Assembly: GCF_009914755.1 (NCBI RefSeq)
Contig: NC_060948.1
DNA length: 64,000 nt
From: the human T2T-CHM13v2.0 reference genome, Homo sapiens
Reading direction: 5' to 3' (one strand)
Shown here: one piece after another, positions 25,160 through 38,629 of the stretch
Layout: each line of letters starts with the position of its first letter
Numbering within the stretch: position 1 is the first letter of the stretch
The notes under the pieces: model-generated
Told to the model about the DNA's origin: nothing
The model's input: only the letters and a program-made list of their open reading frames with translations
The model's database searches: none
Position numbers and translations under genes: made by a program

Positions 25160-27255
25160 ATGTTACTCTCTGTTTTGCTTATATTAACTAATATGTCAAA
25201 CTTACAAAGGGGGCGGAAATACAATTGAGTTTTCTCTGTGCACCCACACTACTTGGGCAAGGAACACACAGGTTAAAACCTTTATATATCAAACCCTTTA
25301 TAAGCAAACAGGAGCTTCTCTAGGAATTTGTGTACATAACCAGACTACTTATTCAATGTGTGATCTTGGTGATAATCAGCCCTGTGTCTGCTATGACCCC
25401 AAACTTCTACCTGGAACTTGGTTCGACATTAGTGAAAGGTCTGAAAAAGGAACTCTTTAAAATTCAACCTGGATACCCTCCACCAATAAACACTGTGTGT
25501 ATCTGTATTTAGATGCCTGCCAGATTACAAGAACACTCCTTAAAACTGGCTGCTACATTCCTGACTCCAAAAGAAAGTTGACTGTAACCAGTCATATCCC
25601 ATACTGGATTAGTGATACTCCACAGTCTCAAGACATACATTTCTCCAGAAACCTCTCCATAGATTGGTATAACTATGACAATTGTGTAAGAGGAAATTCC
25701 TGTAGCCTCACTGAATTTCTTATTTCAAATCAGATTCACCTAATTGGGCAATAGGCACTGAAGTCCCAGAGGGATACAGTGATGAAGCCACAGAATAGGA
25801 GGCAGATCCTAAGCTAAAGAGATGAGGCATTAAATATTCCAGGGTGCAGGCTACCGACAGCACCATATATTTTTATATTATACCATTATATATTTTATAT
25901 TATTTTATTTTATATTATCAAAAAGACTCAAGCTCACAAACCTCAGCAATGATTTAAAATTTTCAAGTCATTCAGTGAAGAAATTAACCAAGTAGTTTCT
26001 GAGCCATCGTTTACCACTAAAAATCTGTCTGTGCAATTAGCTAAGAATATAGCAGGAAATCTAGGAGTTACCTCATGGTAACTGACATGGAGGATAGATG
26101 GCATTGGGAGGCAAAAGAATTGCTTCCCCAGGACAACTACACTTTAATTTTCTCTGCCACAAATGCTCCAGAATTAATCCCTACTGGCTCTAGCACTTGG
26201 CTTTTAAAGGCTTCTATTACAGGAAGACACTGCATACCTCGTTGGGGGACTACCTATACACACCCAGCAGGCAAATTAGCTTGTTTAGGGCAACAATACT
26301 ACAATGAAACTACAGGAAAAACTCCATGGCAAAGAGAAAATAAAAAGGGTAAAAACAGTTCAAGGCCATCTCATTTCATTCCATTTTCTAGGTTCCCTTC
26401 TTTAAATCACTCTTGGTATCAACTAGAAACACCAAACACATGGTAAGTGCCTGTAGGCCTCTACTGGATCTGTGGTCAGCAAGCCTACAGGCGGTTGCCA
26501 GAAAAACGGACAGGAGCTTGTGTATTAGGTGTTACTAAAACATCGTTCTTCCTGTTACCTTTAAAGCAAGGAGAAACTTTAGGGTATCCTATTTATGATG
26601 AGCCTAGAAGTAAAAACAAAGGAGCAGTAAAAGATATAGAAATAGGGGATTGGAAAGATACAGATTGCAGAGAGAATAATGAATTATTATGGCCCAGCCA
26701 CCTGGGTGCAAGATAGATCATGGGGATACTGTACTCCCATCTACATGATTAATCACATCATTAGGTTACAAGCAGTATTAAAAATTATAACTAAAGAAAC
26801 AACTAAAGCTTTAGATTTATTAGATGTACTATCTACACAGAATGAGAAATGCGGTTTATCAAAACAGACTGGCATTAGATTATCTGCTGGATTCAAAAGG
26901 GGTCTGTAGTAAATTTAACCTGATTAACTGTTATTTAGAAATTGATGACAACAGGTAGGCAGTTATGAAATCACTGCCAAACTGAGAAAGTTAGCTCTCG
27001 TTCCAGTACAAACCTGGAAAGGTTGGACCCCAGACTCTCTTGGTGGATGGTTTTCATCTTCTGGAGGATTCAAGACTCTCCTTGTAAGTGTAATACTTCC
27101 ATTAGGCAGCTGTCTAATACTCCCTTGTTTATTGCCTCTCCTGTTTAGGAAGATACAGTCCACTACACCACCCCCCAAATAATGGCACTAAGTATCAGCC
27201 ATTACCCAAAGAAATCTCATCTCATGAGAAGGTAGAGAATTATGAAACTAACATA
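25160..27255 (+). pseudogene. env: ERV env pseudogene (ERV3-like)
   Basis: Signal MLLSVLLIL; CTHTTW...CVHNQTTYSMCD..CYDPK; YYGPATW; [14 protein letters not shown] (about 26857); furin-site position reads KNKG; many stops and frameshifts. Confidence 0.9.
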
Positions 27256-27813
27256 GGTTTTCTCCAAAGTAGTTTCCTTTCCCATGCCTCACCCTCTTTA
27301 CGTTCTACACGGATTATAAAACACACATGTATAGGTATGGGATAGAAGAGCTAGGCTTTAAACATCATTTATAAAAATAACTTGCTGAAGTTTAATCTGA
27401 CTTCTACTTAGGCACAGGCAAATGATGCCACAGAAAATACTAAGTTCAGCTCCTGGCTGACTTACTCGTGCTTCTCTCTAGAGAAGACACCAAAAATCAT
27501 GCCCCCCAGGTAGGTGGCTGGTTAGTCAATGATGGGGAAGATTCCCTGAAAGATAGGAACAATCTAAGAAGACAGGCACAGCCACAGGGAGGACAGCAAA
27601 GGCTGAGAAAAATTAAGCCAGAGAGCCAGTGTGCTCCCACAAAGAAGAAAAGTGACGCTAAGAGCAGATACACCGGCAAAGTAACTCCCCATGCAAACAG
27701 ATGAATTGCCTTTTGACAGGCCTTTGACTCTGTCCTACCATCCTAGCTGCATGTGCATCATCAGGAACAGGTAAAAGCTTTCTAATAATAGTTTCTTTTA
27801 AAAGAAAGCTTTT

Positions 27814-27824
27814 AAGGGGGGGAA
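27814..27824 (+). other. Polypurine tract
   Basis: AAGGGGGGGAA immediately before the 3' LTR TG. Confidence 0.88.
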
Positions 27825-28326
27825 TGTGGAAAGAAAATAAAATAAAATAAACAATAAAGTTGAAAATAATAAACATAACGTAGGTAATAGTTAACATTAA
27901 GTACAGGTTACACATAGGCTAAGAAATTTAAGTAGCCCTTCCCGGCATTGCTAACAAGTTGCAGCTGCGGGCTTATCTCAACCTTCCAAGCTTATCGCCT
28001 GCCTCCAGACCCCCGCATATTTCTGTCATTCCTGTTTTCCCTTACCCCAGCTCTGTCCAGCTTCGAGGTTGACTGGTCAAGATAACTAAATTGTAAGCTT
28101 TCTCAGAATTGTCACAGGTTAAATAATTTACTGTCTTTGTCTGAAATGGGTATCCTGCCTTGTTTTCCCACCTCAAATGACATATAAGCAAGCCTGCATT
28201 CTTTGTCAGGGTTGGCAGCCATTTTGGGTGTGAGCCTGCTGTTGGCCCGGGTGCCCAAATTAAATAAAGTTCTCTTTGGTCTCCAAAGGTCTCTTTGTCT
28301 TTCTTGGCTGGAGTTTTACTGTGACA
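27825..28326 (+). repeat. 3' LTR
   Basis: TGTGGAAAG...TTTTACTGTGACA; TATAA 28183-28187; AATAAA 28263-28268. Confidence 0.93.
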
Positions 28327-28684
28327 TATGATCACTGGGTCAACAAAGATATTAACATGAAAGTAAATTTTTTGAAACAGAAAAAAATGAAACACACTAT
28401 ACCAAAAGCAGTGAGAAGTGAGACACAACAAAAGCAGTGTTAACAGGAAAATTTACAGCACTAAATGCTCACCTTCAAAACATAAATAGTACAAATTACG
28501 AATCTAATGATGCACCTCAAGAAACTAGAAAAGCAAGATCACACTCAAACCCAAAACTGGCAGAAGAAAAGACCAGAGCAGCATTAAATGGAATATAGAC
28601 TAGAAAAACTAATTACATTAAATGGAATATAAACTAGAAAAATGCACGACTAAAATTGTATATGTGGGTGTGTATGAGCTCTTA

Positions 28685-28804
<120 letters not shown>

Positions 28805-28896
28805 TCAACAAAACAAAAAGTAAGGGAGAGACCAGAATAAATAAAATAAGAAATGAAAAAGGGAACCTTATAATTGATATCACAGAAATACAAAAC

Positions 28897-29107
28897 ATCA
28901 TCAGAGACTATTATAAACTACATACTCAAGAACTTGAAAAGCTAGAGAAAGGATAAATTCCTGTGAACATACAACCTACCAAGATAGAATCAGGAACAGG
29001 CATCATCAGAGACTATTATGAACAACTATATACTCAAAAACTTGAAAACCTAGAGAAAGGATAAATTCCTGCAAACATACAAACTGCCAAGATAGAATCA
29101 GGAACAG
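28897..29107 (+). repeat. ~105-bp tandem duplication in L1 ORF2
   Basis: catcatcagagactattat...gatagaatcaggaacag occurs twice. Confidence 0.9.
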
Positions 29108-29581
29108 TCAGAAAACCTGAAAAGACAAATAAAAGTAGTGAAATCAGTCAGTAATTACAACGTCTCCCAACAAAGAAAAACACAGGACCAGATGGATTCA
29201 CAGCCAATGTCTGGGAAGTTTGAAGCTGAGGAAGGTGAATGGATGATGAGAAATGAGTTAATGGGTGAAATGTACATTATTTGGGTGATGGATAACATGT
29301 TAAATGCCCTAACTTGAATGCTGTGCAATCTATGCATGCAACAAAATTGCAAATGAACCCCATAAATTTGTACAAATAAAAAAAAGCATTAGTACTAATC
29401 CTTCACAAACTCTTTCCAAAAATTAGTCCACTTTCACTAAGGGACAGAACAATTAGGCAAAAGAGTAATGAAGGATACATTAAGACAACATTTTGAACCA
29501 ACTATACTTAACAAAAATCTATGTCACTTCACCAACAATAGCAGGATATACATTCTTCTCAAGCACACAAAAACAGCTCTT

Positions 29582-29886
29582 GGACCAGGAGCGGTGGCTC
29601 ACACCTGTAATCCCAGCACTTTGGGAGGCCAAGGCATGCAGATTACGAGGTCAGGAGATCAAGACAATCTTGGCCAACAGGGTACAACCCTGTCTCTACT
29701 AAAATACAAACAATTAGCTGGATGTGGTGGTGCACACCTGTATTCCCAGCTACTTGGAAGGCTGAGGCTGGAGAAGCCCTTGAACTCAGGAGGCAGAGAC
29801 TGCAGTGAGCCAAGATCCACCTCTGCTTTCCAGCCTGGCAACAGAGCAAGACTCTGCCTCAAAAAAAAAAAAAAAAAAGAAAAAAA
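29582..29886 (+). mobile_element. AluS
   Basis: Full dimer with poly-A. Confidence 0.93.
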
Positions 29887-29947
29887 CCAGCTTTTGAACA
29901 GTCCCTATGATAAGCCATAAAACAAGGCTTAACAGTAAAGTTTTTAA

Positions 29948-29951
<4 letters not shown>

Positions 29952-29987
<36 letters not shown>
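29952..29987. repeat. (AT)n microsatellite
   Basis: Direct reading. Confidence 0.93.
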
Positions 29988-29990
<3 letters not shown>

Positions 29991-30334
29991 TAAAAAGTAT
30001 CTCTTGTGACCATGACAGAATATACTAAGTAATAAAACATGGAAAATTCACAAATTGTGGAAATTAAACACACATTTGTGAATTTGTGTGTCTCAATTTC
30101 CAGTGAGTCAAACAAATCAGTAAATACGTCATAAGAATTAAAGCTAAAATACATCTTCACAAAACTCATAGAAAGCAGCTACAACAATGCTCAGAGGGCA
30201 AATTACAGGTATAAATTCCATTGCTAAAAAGAAATAAATCCTACGAGTAAACTACTCTAAAAAAAAAAACAGCAAACTAAATGCAAAGCATGTTAAAAAA
30301 AAAACATAGATGAGTAAAAATTTAATAAAGTATA

Positions 30335-31040
30335 TTATCATCTGCAAACACAGATAGTTTGACTTCCTCTCTTCCTATTAGGATGCTCTTTATGTCCTTC
30401 TCTCCCCTGACTGGTCTGGCTAGAACTTCCAGTACTGTGTTATCAGTGGTGGTAACAGCAGGGCATCCTTCTTCTGGTTTTTTTCAAGGGAAATGGTTTT
30501 AGCTTTTGCCCATTTGATGTGATGCTGGCTACGAGTTTATCACAATGGCTGTTACTATTTTGAGGTAGATTCTGTCAATGACTCATTTGTTAAGGGTTTT
30601 TAACATGAAGGAATTTTGAATCTTATCAAAAATCATTTCTGTTATCTATTAGAAAGGAATTGTGGTATAAATATACACCATGGTATATACTATGCAGCCA
30701 TAAAAAGGAATGAGATTATGTCCTCTGCAGAAACATGGATGGAGCAGGAGGCCATTATTCTAAGTGAACTAATGCAGCAACAGAAAACCAAATACATATT
30801 ACTAACTTGTAAGTGGGAGCTAAACATTGAGTACATATGGCCACAAAGAAAAAAACAACAGACACCTGAGCCTACTTGAGGGTGGATGGTGGGAGAAGGA
30901 TCAAAAAACTACCTATCAGGTACTATGCATATTACTTGGGTGACAAAATAATCTCTACACCAAACCCCTATGACACTCAGCTTACCTATATAACAAACCT
31001 GCACATGTACCTGAGCCTGAAAGTTAAAAAATAAAAAAAA
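30335..31040 (+). mobile_element. L1PB-like 3' end preceded by an inverted ORF2 piece (30335-30650)
   Basis: Minus-strand ORF2 piece followed by plus-strand YYAAIKRNEIMS...; 3'UTR and A tail. Confidence 0.75.
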
Positions 31041-31156
31041 CCCTAGAAATTAGTGTAAATTTGTTATTTCAACTGTAACAAAAGTACAATACTTATACAC
31101 TGACAACTAAAAAACATTTGATACAAATGTTAAAAGTTCCAAATAAATAACAAGAG

Positions 31157-31255
31157 GGCTGGGTATAGTGGCTCACTCCTATAACCTAGTTTGGAAGGTC
31201 AAGGAGGGTGGATTGCTTGAGCCCAGAAGTTCAAGAACAGCCTGGGTAACAGTGT
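31157..31255 (+). mobile_element. Alu monomer/FLAM fragment
   Basis: ggctgggtatagtggctcac...gagcccagaagttcaag. Confidence 0.85.
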
Positions 31256-31256
31256 G

Positions 31257-31328
<72 letters not shown>
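31257..31328 (+). repeat. Compound tetranucleotide STR (AGAT)12(AGAC)6
   Basis: Counted directly. Confidence 0.95.
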
Positions 31329-31330
<2 letters not shown>

Positions 31331-31653
31331 GATGTCATTTGTTTATATCATTTAATTATAAGTGTTCATGGGCTGTACCATATAATACTGTTAAGATGAC
31401 ACTACTCTTAAATTTGAACTGCATATCATAATCCCTGGTGGCTTTTGGCGCAAACACAAAACTGATCCTGTGGAAAATACAAGGTACCTAGAGGAGCCAA
31501 AATAACTTTGCAAAAAAGGAACCAAGGTGAAAAAAATCATACTAACCAGTCTCAAAACTTACTACAAAGTTACACTAATTAAAATATGGTAGCACTACAA
31601 CGACAGACATATATCTAAACTAGAACTTGAGTCCAGAAAAAACTAAAAAAAAA

Positions 31654-31952
31654 TTTTTTTTTTAAATTATTGCACTTTAAGTTCTGGGATACATGTGCAG
31701 AAGGTGCAGGTCTCTTACACAGGTATACATGTGCCATGGTGGATTGCTGCACCCATCAACCCATCATCTACATTAGGTATTTCTCCTAATGGTATCCTTC
31801 ACCTACCCAACCCCTGCCAATTCCCTGACAGACCCCAGTATGTGATGTTCCCCTCCCTGTGTCCATTTGTTCTCGTTGTTCAACTACCATTTATGAGTGA
31901 GAACATGTGGTGTTTGGTTTTCTCTTCTTGTGTTAGCTTGCCGAGAATGATG
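31654..31952 (-). mobile_element. L1PA 3'-end fragment
   Basis: Poly-T plus aagttctgggatacatgtgcag. Confidence 0.88.
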
Positions 31953-31989
31953 AAAACCTTTAACATTTATGGTAAGTCTGAGGAACTGT

Positions 31990-33400
31990 CAGAGCCAAAA
32001 GGAGCCTAAAAGAAAGACATGAGAAGTAATAATGCTATATTCAGGATGGGATCCAAAACAAAAAAAAATTAGGTAAAAACTCCAGAAATCTGAATAAAGA
32101 ATGAACTTTACTTAATGCTAATTCATCAATATTGCATAATAAACTTTAACAACACATGTACCAGATTAATATAAGATGTTATCAATAGGGGATTATGTAT
32201 AGACACACTGTGGTATCTTTGAAATAATCTTGCAAAGCTAGAACTGTCAATAAAAAATAAAGTTTACTTTGAAAAAATGAAGATAATGATTAAAAGTGAT
32301 GAAAAACATCGACTAATATGTCTTAAAAAGCTTGGTTAAATTCTGAGCAGAAAAAGTACAAGGAGATCAGAAAATGGTGGAATAGAAAGTCCTCTGTTCA
32401 CATACCCCATAGCAGCAATAACTTGGCAATGATTCACAAGCGAAAGTGGCTTTGTGGGAGCTTTGAATTACAGGTAGAAGACAGCAAAACTCTGAGACTA
32501 AGAACTGTTTTGCAAAAGCAGGCCCGTGCCCAGGTGGCAGTTTTGCCAACAAGGTCCCCAGCTATAGTCCTATCACCCTGTAGCCTCAGTCATAACAACA
32601 CTGAATAGCAACGATCCAGACACTATACCAAGGGACACAGATGCCACACCATGCCTTGGGTAATGTACTGTAGTTTTATTTTCTTTTATTATATACCTAC
32701 AAGTGGAATTGTTTGACAAGATAGTAACTTTGTGAAAAGCTGCTAGGTTGTTTTCTAGAGTGGTTGCATCATTTTACATTCCCATGTCAACATTTAAAGA
32801 TCTGTTTCTCTATATCCTAGCCAACACTTGCTGTCTTTTAAAAAATTTTTATAATCCTAGAAAATATGAAGTGGTCTGCAGTTTCGATTCTCATTGTATT
32901 CATGACTAATGTTTGAACAGCTTTTTGTTTATTGGCCATTTGTAAATGTTTATTTTTGAACAAATGTCTATTCTGATTATTTTTCTTCTGTTATTTCTTG
33001 AGTTGCAAGAGTTTTAAAATATATATGTCTGGTTATTTGATCCTTACATGATTTGCAGATGTTTTCTTATTCTTTTGAGTTGTCTTTTCAGTTTTGATAG
33101 CATTCTTTGAAGCACCATAGATTTAAGTTTTGATGGATTCCATCAAAATTCGTCCAGAATACACAAATATATAGAAACAGAAATGAAATTAATGACTGCT
33201 TAGTGCCACGTTAATGGAGGGAAACAGAAGGGTACAGTGTTTTATTTTAATATCATGAAAATGTTTCAAAATTAATTGTGATGGTTGGACAACTCTATGA
33301 ATACATTAACAATTACTGAATTGTACACTTTAAATGAGTGAATTCTAAGCTATATATGTATTATACGTCCATAATGTTTTACCAAAAAATAATAAATCAA
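31990..33400. mobile_element. Mosaic of ancient L1M fragments on both strands
   Basis: ttttacattcccat, tgaattgtacactttaaat and similar L1M motifs. Confidence 0.55.
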
Positions 33401-33705
33401 AATAAATGCTTATCAATATATGTTTTGGAACTAAGTAGATTTCATTTTTAATTACATTTCTTTCCCACTCAAGTAATTCATGAAAGCCAGAAATAATTTT
33501 ATTTATATTAGGAATCAACACATGGCCTTTCAAAGTCTGTGACTAAAACAGGACTTTCCCTTTATCCACATTGTACTATCTATGGCTAATCCTCATAGCA
33601 GTTACAACTAACAGTAGTATCATACATCCTATGACAAGATAAATGTATTTTGAGTATGATCTGCCATAAAGGAAATAAAAACTGGCATTGAAAATTTGTA
33701 CCAAC

Positions 33706-33755
33706 CTTCCAGTAGTCAGCCTGTAAACTGTAATATCTCTGATATGCAGATAATG
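33706..33755 (-). CDS. UTY: UTY exon 4 (50 nt): (A)LSAYQRYYSLQADYWK, TPR region
   Basis: Acceptor ttttttcttttccag|CA and donor AAG|gttggt; phase 1 join to exon 3 gives GCA (Ala); LQADYWK (KDM6A has LQSDYWK). Confidence 0.97.
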
Positions 33756-35231
33756 CTGGAAAAGAAAAAATAATTATTAGCCAAATCATATCCCATTTAA
33801 AAATCCACTGTAAGACATTAAATTGATATTTTAATATAAGCTGCCAAACATGCCCATCTGTTAACAAACAATAAAAATGAAATAACCTAAATTTTATGGC
33901 TTACTAATTTAATCAGGTATATAAAACCATGATCGAATCTCACCCATGTACTCAAACCAACATAGTATCTTAGCAATTACTTGAATCAATTTGACCTCCT
34001 TCAGGGACCAAAAGTAATGGCAATCTTCTAGAGGTATTCCCTACTATGATAAAGTTTTCTAATTTTTCTTAACATGCAATTCACTTTCTAGAAAGATAAA
34101 AATTCAGTCACCTAAGGCACAAAATAACTTTGTGATGCTTCCCTTTGCACAATCAGTAGACTACTATTATCTATAGTTTAATTCCAAGTTAGGATGCCTT
34201 ATGCCCTAAAACCTATCTAAAAGCAAAAAGAGTACTCAAATCATATAAAGTAGTTGTTCCTGACAGCCTAAAAAAAGGCACATAAAATAAAACCACAAAA
34301 TAAAAACATAAAAAAGAAGTCGTATAAGCACATTAGAATTAGTGGAAACATTAATAATGACAAAACTAGGAAAACTCATCACTTTATCCAATCAACTCAG
34401 AATCTCTGAAAAACAGCTAAGCAATGATTATATTCCTGGGGATAGGCTTTCAGGATAAATTATAGCACTGAATATCACCCAAAGTCAAAAATAAATTGAA
34501 AAAAATGAAAAAAAATTAACTGAAAATAGCAGAATGCCAAAAGTGGCAGATTGAACATATTGTTATATGCGGAGGATTCTGTCTTGAACAATCATTTTTA
34601 GAAATTTCAGAGATTTTTACAATAAAAATGTAAACGTTAGCTGAAATGCTTCCACTGAATTTAGCTACAAAAAGTTAAGGTGTGGGGGTAAGCCTATTGA
34701 GGAAATCTTGCTTTTTTCAAACAATCATAAAAATGACAAGACAGAATTTTAAAAGAACCAAATTTAATGCTCAACAGACAGTAGCATATATAAGAATCAT
34801 CTCACGATATAGGCTACATTTCTATAACTAAAATATTTACTTTCAAAACGAAAAAGTGTAAAGGAGTGACATCCAAAAAAGTAGCCTGAAAAGATCCATA
34901 GACACTTTCTCAAGAAAAGCAGACTTAAAGTCTCTCTATAGCTGTCTTAAGGGTACTATTCAAATGGAGAAAATTTTACTAAGAAAATAAACTAAGTTCT
35001 CAGCAAAAAACAGTGAAAATCTATCGTATTGTAGCCTGAACTAATTCTTTCTGACACCATTCCTACTGTACCCCAGCTCAGTAAGATAGGACCACTAGAC
35101 CCACCAAAATGAAGTGTTCTTTCTTGCACAAGCTCCTGTTTTAGGGCTAGGCTAACACCTCAACAGATGTAGGCTACCAACATTTCCCCTACTCAGCTCA
35201 GTATTGCAGAAACTATATTAAAAACAAGCAT

Positions 35232-35592
<361 letters not shown>

Positions 35593-36776
35593 CTAATCCA
35601 GTTGCAACAGACCACGAAAGTACTGATGCCCAACAGCCCTTGACCCAAATAACTCTGGGTAGACTCCATGTAAGAGAGGCAAGCAGACTAAAGACTATAG
35701 CTCCTGCCCAGTACCTGCTCCTAAAACACAGGGATCATTTCAAGAATAGTGGCCATTATCTCAGGCTCCAGCCCTTGAAGAGCAAAGGTTCAACTCTAGT
35801 GGAAAAAATAGTCTTAAGATCATGGAATGCAGTAATTGCTCTTCTAGTGTGAATTTATACAGAAAGCATTTGGGGTTGTTCAAACCCATAGAAAACATGT
35901 AGATTTTTACAGTTAAGTGTCTAGTAGCTCCAAAATAGCAAGTATCTAAACTGCAGACTGGCTAGAAGTTTTACAGAGAGAAACGGAGAGAAAGAATCTC
36001 CTGGGTTAGTAAAGTCCTGGAAGATAGACCTCAAAAAGCGTTGCGCAAATGAGTAATGCAGGATACCCTTCAGCATAAACACTACAAGTAACAACTGTCA
36101 GAAAAAAAAAGAACGGAAAAAGGAACAGAAAGCCTGAGGAATACCATAGTGGTAAATTCCCACCAATTTACAGGTTATGTTTTTCCCTTTCATCCTACAT
36201 TTGAAACTGAAGAAGCCACCATTCCAGAAGCATCAAAAAGAATGAAGGAGGGCAGGGTGGTACTAATCTCCCTAATCAAAGGAAAATGGCAATCCAGCAG
36301 GACAGAAAACTTAGAACGGGATCTGTGTACTGTAAACAGTACAGAAAAAAGTTCCCTCAAACCACCTACTCTACACAAAGGCCAAGTAGAAAGCACAGAC
36401 ATCTATCATATATCAGGCTACCTATTGCATTAATGTGAGAGGAAGCCAAGTAGGGAGCAAGAAAAGAATTTATCTGATGGCTGGTAGTGAGGCTTACATG
36501 TCCTCTGATGAAGGTAGCCTAGATTTCACACTCACGTGGCAGAAACAAGCTGTCTGCACGTTAGTGGAGTGAGAGCACCCCAGTGGAAGTCAGGATTTTA
36601 ACCACTGGCCAGTAATAAGGAAGACTGGAATAATAATGGAAACCATGTGGGAAGCCAAAATTCTCATTTCAGTTCAACATTAGCAAAAAGCCTAACTCAG
36701 TAATCTGAACTTTAACATTCACCTAGCAGTAAGAGACAGCAATACCGTTTACTGTAGATTAACGTAAGATCCACCA

Positions 36777-37051
36777 GCCAGGTGCAGTGGCTCATACCTG
36801 TAATCCCAGTACTTTTGGGGGCCGAGGTGGGTGGATCACTTAAGGTCAGGGGTTCCAGACCAGCCTGGCCTATTAGCATAGGGAAACTCCATCTCTACTA
36901 AAACTACAAAAATTAGTGAGGTATGGTGGCACATACCTGTAGTTTCAGCTACTTGAGAGGCTGAGGCATGAGAATCACTTGAACCCATGAGGCGGACGCT
37001 GCAGTGAGCTGAGATAGCACTACTGCTGGGCAACAGAGTGAGACTCTGTCT
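36777..37051 (+). mobile_element. AluS, tail missing
   Basis: Dimer without poly-A. Confidence 0.92.
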
Positions 37052-38629
37052 GACAGCGTTAACATAAAAACTTCCAAGATCCAGTCAAAAATCATTCACC
37101 ATATCAAAAAAAAGAAGTATACCACAATGAATGAAAAAGATGGGAGAAATGTTTGAATATATGATAAAAATTTTTAAACTGGAATAAAAGTGCTTCAAAG
37201 AACAATGAAAAAAGGAAAAATTGAAAGTCACAGTAAAGAAACAGAAGCTATAAAAGGCAAACCAATGTAAACTTTAGAACTTATAAATGAAATACTCAAA
37301 ATAAAGAGCTCAGCTCATAGCCTTGGTGGCACAATGCACACAGAAACATCATTAAACTAGAATACAGAAAGATAAAAAACTATTCAATCCAAACTAACAA
37401 GAAAAAATAAACTAAGGCAAGAGAAAGAATGGAGGCTCAGGGATTAGTAGGTTATTAACCAGAGATCTAAGTGTCATCACACTCCACAAGGAATGAAGAA
37501 AGAACCAGACGTAAATGTACTTAAAAGATAGGTATGAAATTTATCCAAATGTGAGTGAAAAAGAGATGTGGATGCTAGCCACAACAAAGCCCCTACATCC
37601 TTCAAGGGTCCTCAGACTAACGGGACTTCCTGGAGATCAAGCAAAGGCATTGCTCCAGAGAGAGAGGTCACTTTCGGACCAGTGCACTGCTAGAGCACTA
37701 AGCAATGGCAAGTAGCTAAAACAATTGTGAAGAGCAATAAACTCCGATGACTCACACTTCCCAGTATCAAAACTTCCTACAAAGCTATTATAATCAAAAC
37801 AGTACAGCTAACATAAGGATAGAAATAGAGACCAATGGTAGAATAGAGCTGAGAACCTGAAAATAATCTTTACATATATGATCAATTGATTTTTTCACAG
37901 AATGCCTAGTTCACTCTTGAAAGGGCAGTTCAATTTTCTCATGCAAAAGAATGAGGCTGGTCCCCCAACTCACATAATATACTAAATGTAATTAATTCTT
38001 TATTAAATATAAGAAGTAAAACCAAAGAAATCTGAAAGAAAATATAAAGATTCTTCATGTTCATGAACACAGCAACAGAGAGGACACCAAAAGCATGAGC
38101 AACTAAAGATGAACTGAACTTGATCTAAATTAGAAACTTCTGTGCAAAGCACATTGTTAATAAAATGAAACAAAAACCTATACGATGGGGGAAAATATTT
38201 GCAAATCATATGTTTAATCAAACTTTATTTTCGAGAATATACAAAAAACTCCTAAAACTCAGTAACAAAAAGACAAGTAGCTCAACTAAAAAAATACATA
38301 AAGAATCCGAACAGATATTTCTCCAAAGATACATAAATGGCCTATGAACACCTGAAAAGATACTCAACATTGTTAGTCATTAGGGAAATAATGCAAATCA
38401 AAACCTCTATGAGACTATCACTTCACACTGTAATAGTTACAATGGGAGGTGTGGGGAAATAGTAAAAAACAAGTGTTGGCAAAAAACTGGAAGTCTCCTC
38501 CTTCAATGGCAAGATAGTAATAATGGGTACAGCATCTGTGGAAAACAGGTTTTCTTAAAAAAAATTACTGCTTTTTCAGTAATAAAAATAGCAATTTCAC
38601 TCCCAGCTAACTTGTCAGAAGAATTGAAC

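Larger units (their letters stand above)
19870..28326 (+). mobile_element. Defective two-LTR gammaretrovirus-like provirus of the ERV3/HERV-R-related (HERVERI) group, antisense to UTY
   Basis: Paired LTRs, PBS, PPT, and gag/pol/env relics; env closely resembles recalled ERV3 Env. Confidence 0.93.

Noticed and set aside
27497-27679. Antisense hydrophobic, Cys-rich ORF near the ERV 3' end (HBZ/ASP-like position)
   Set aside because: Starts at TTG, with no ATG back to the upstream stop at 27743-27745; hydrophobicity follows from the purine-rich plus strand
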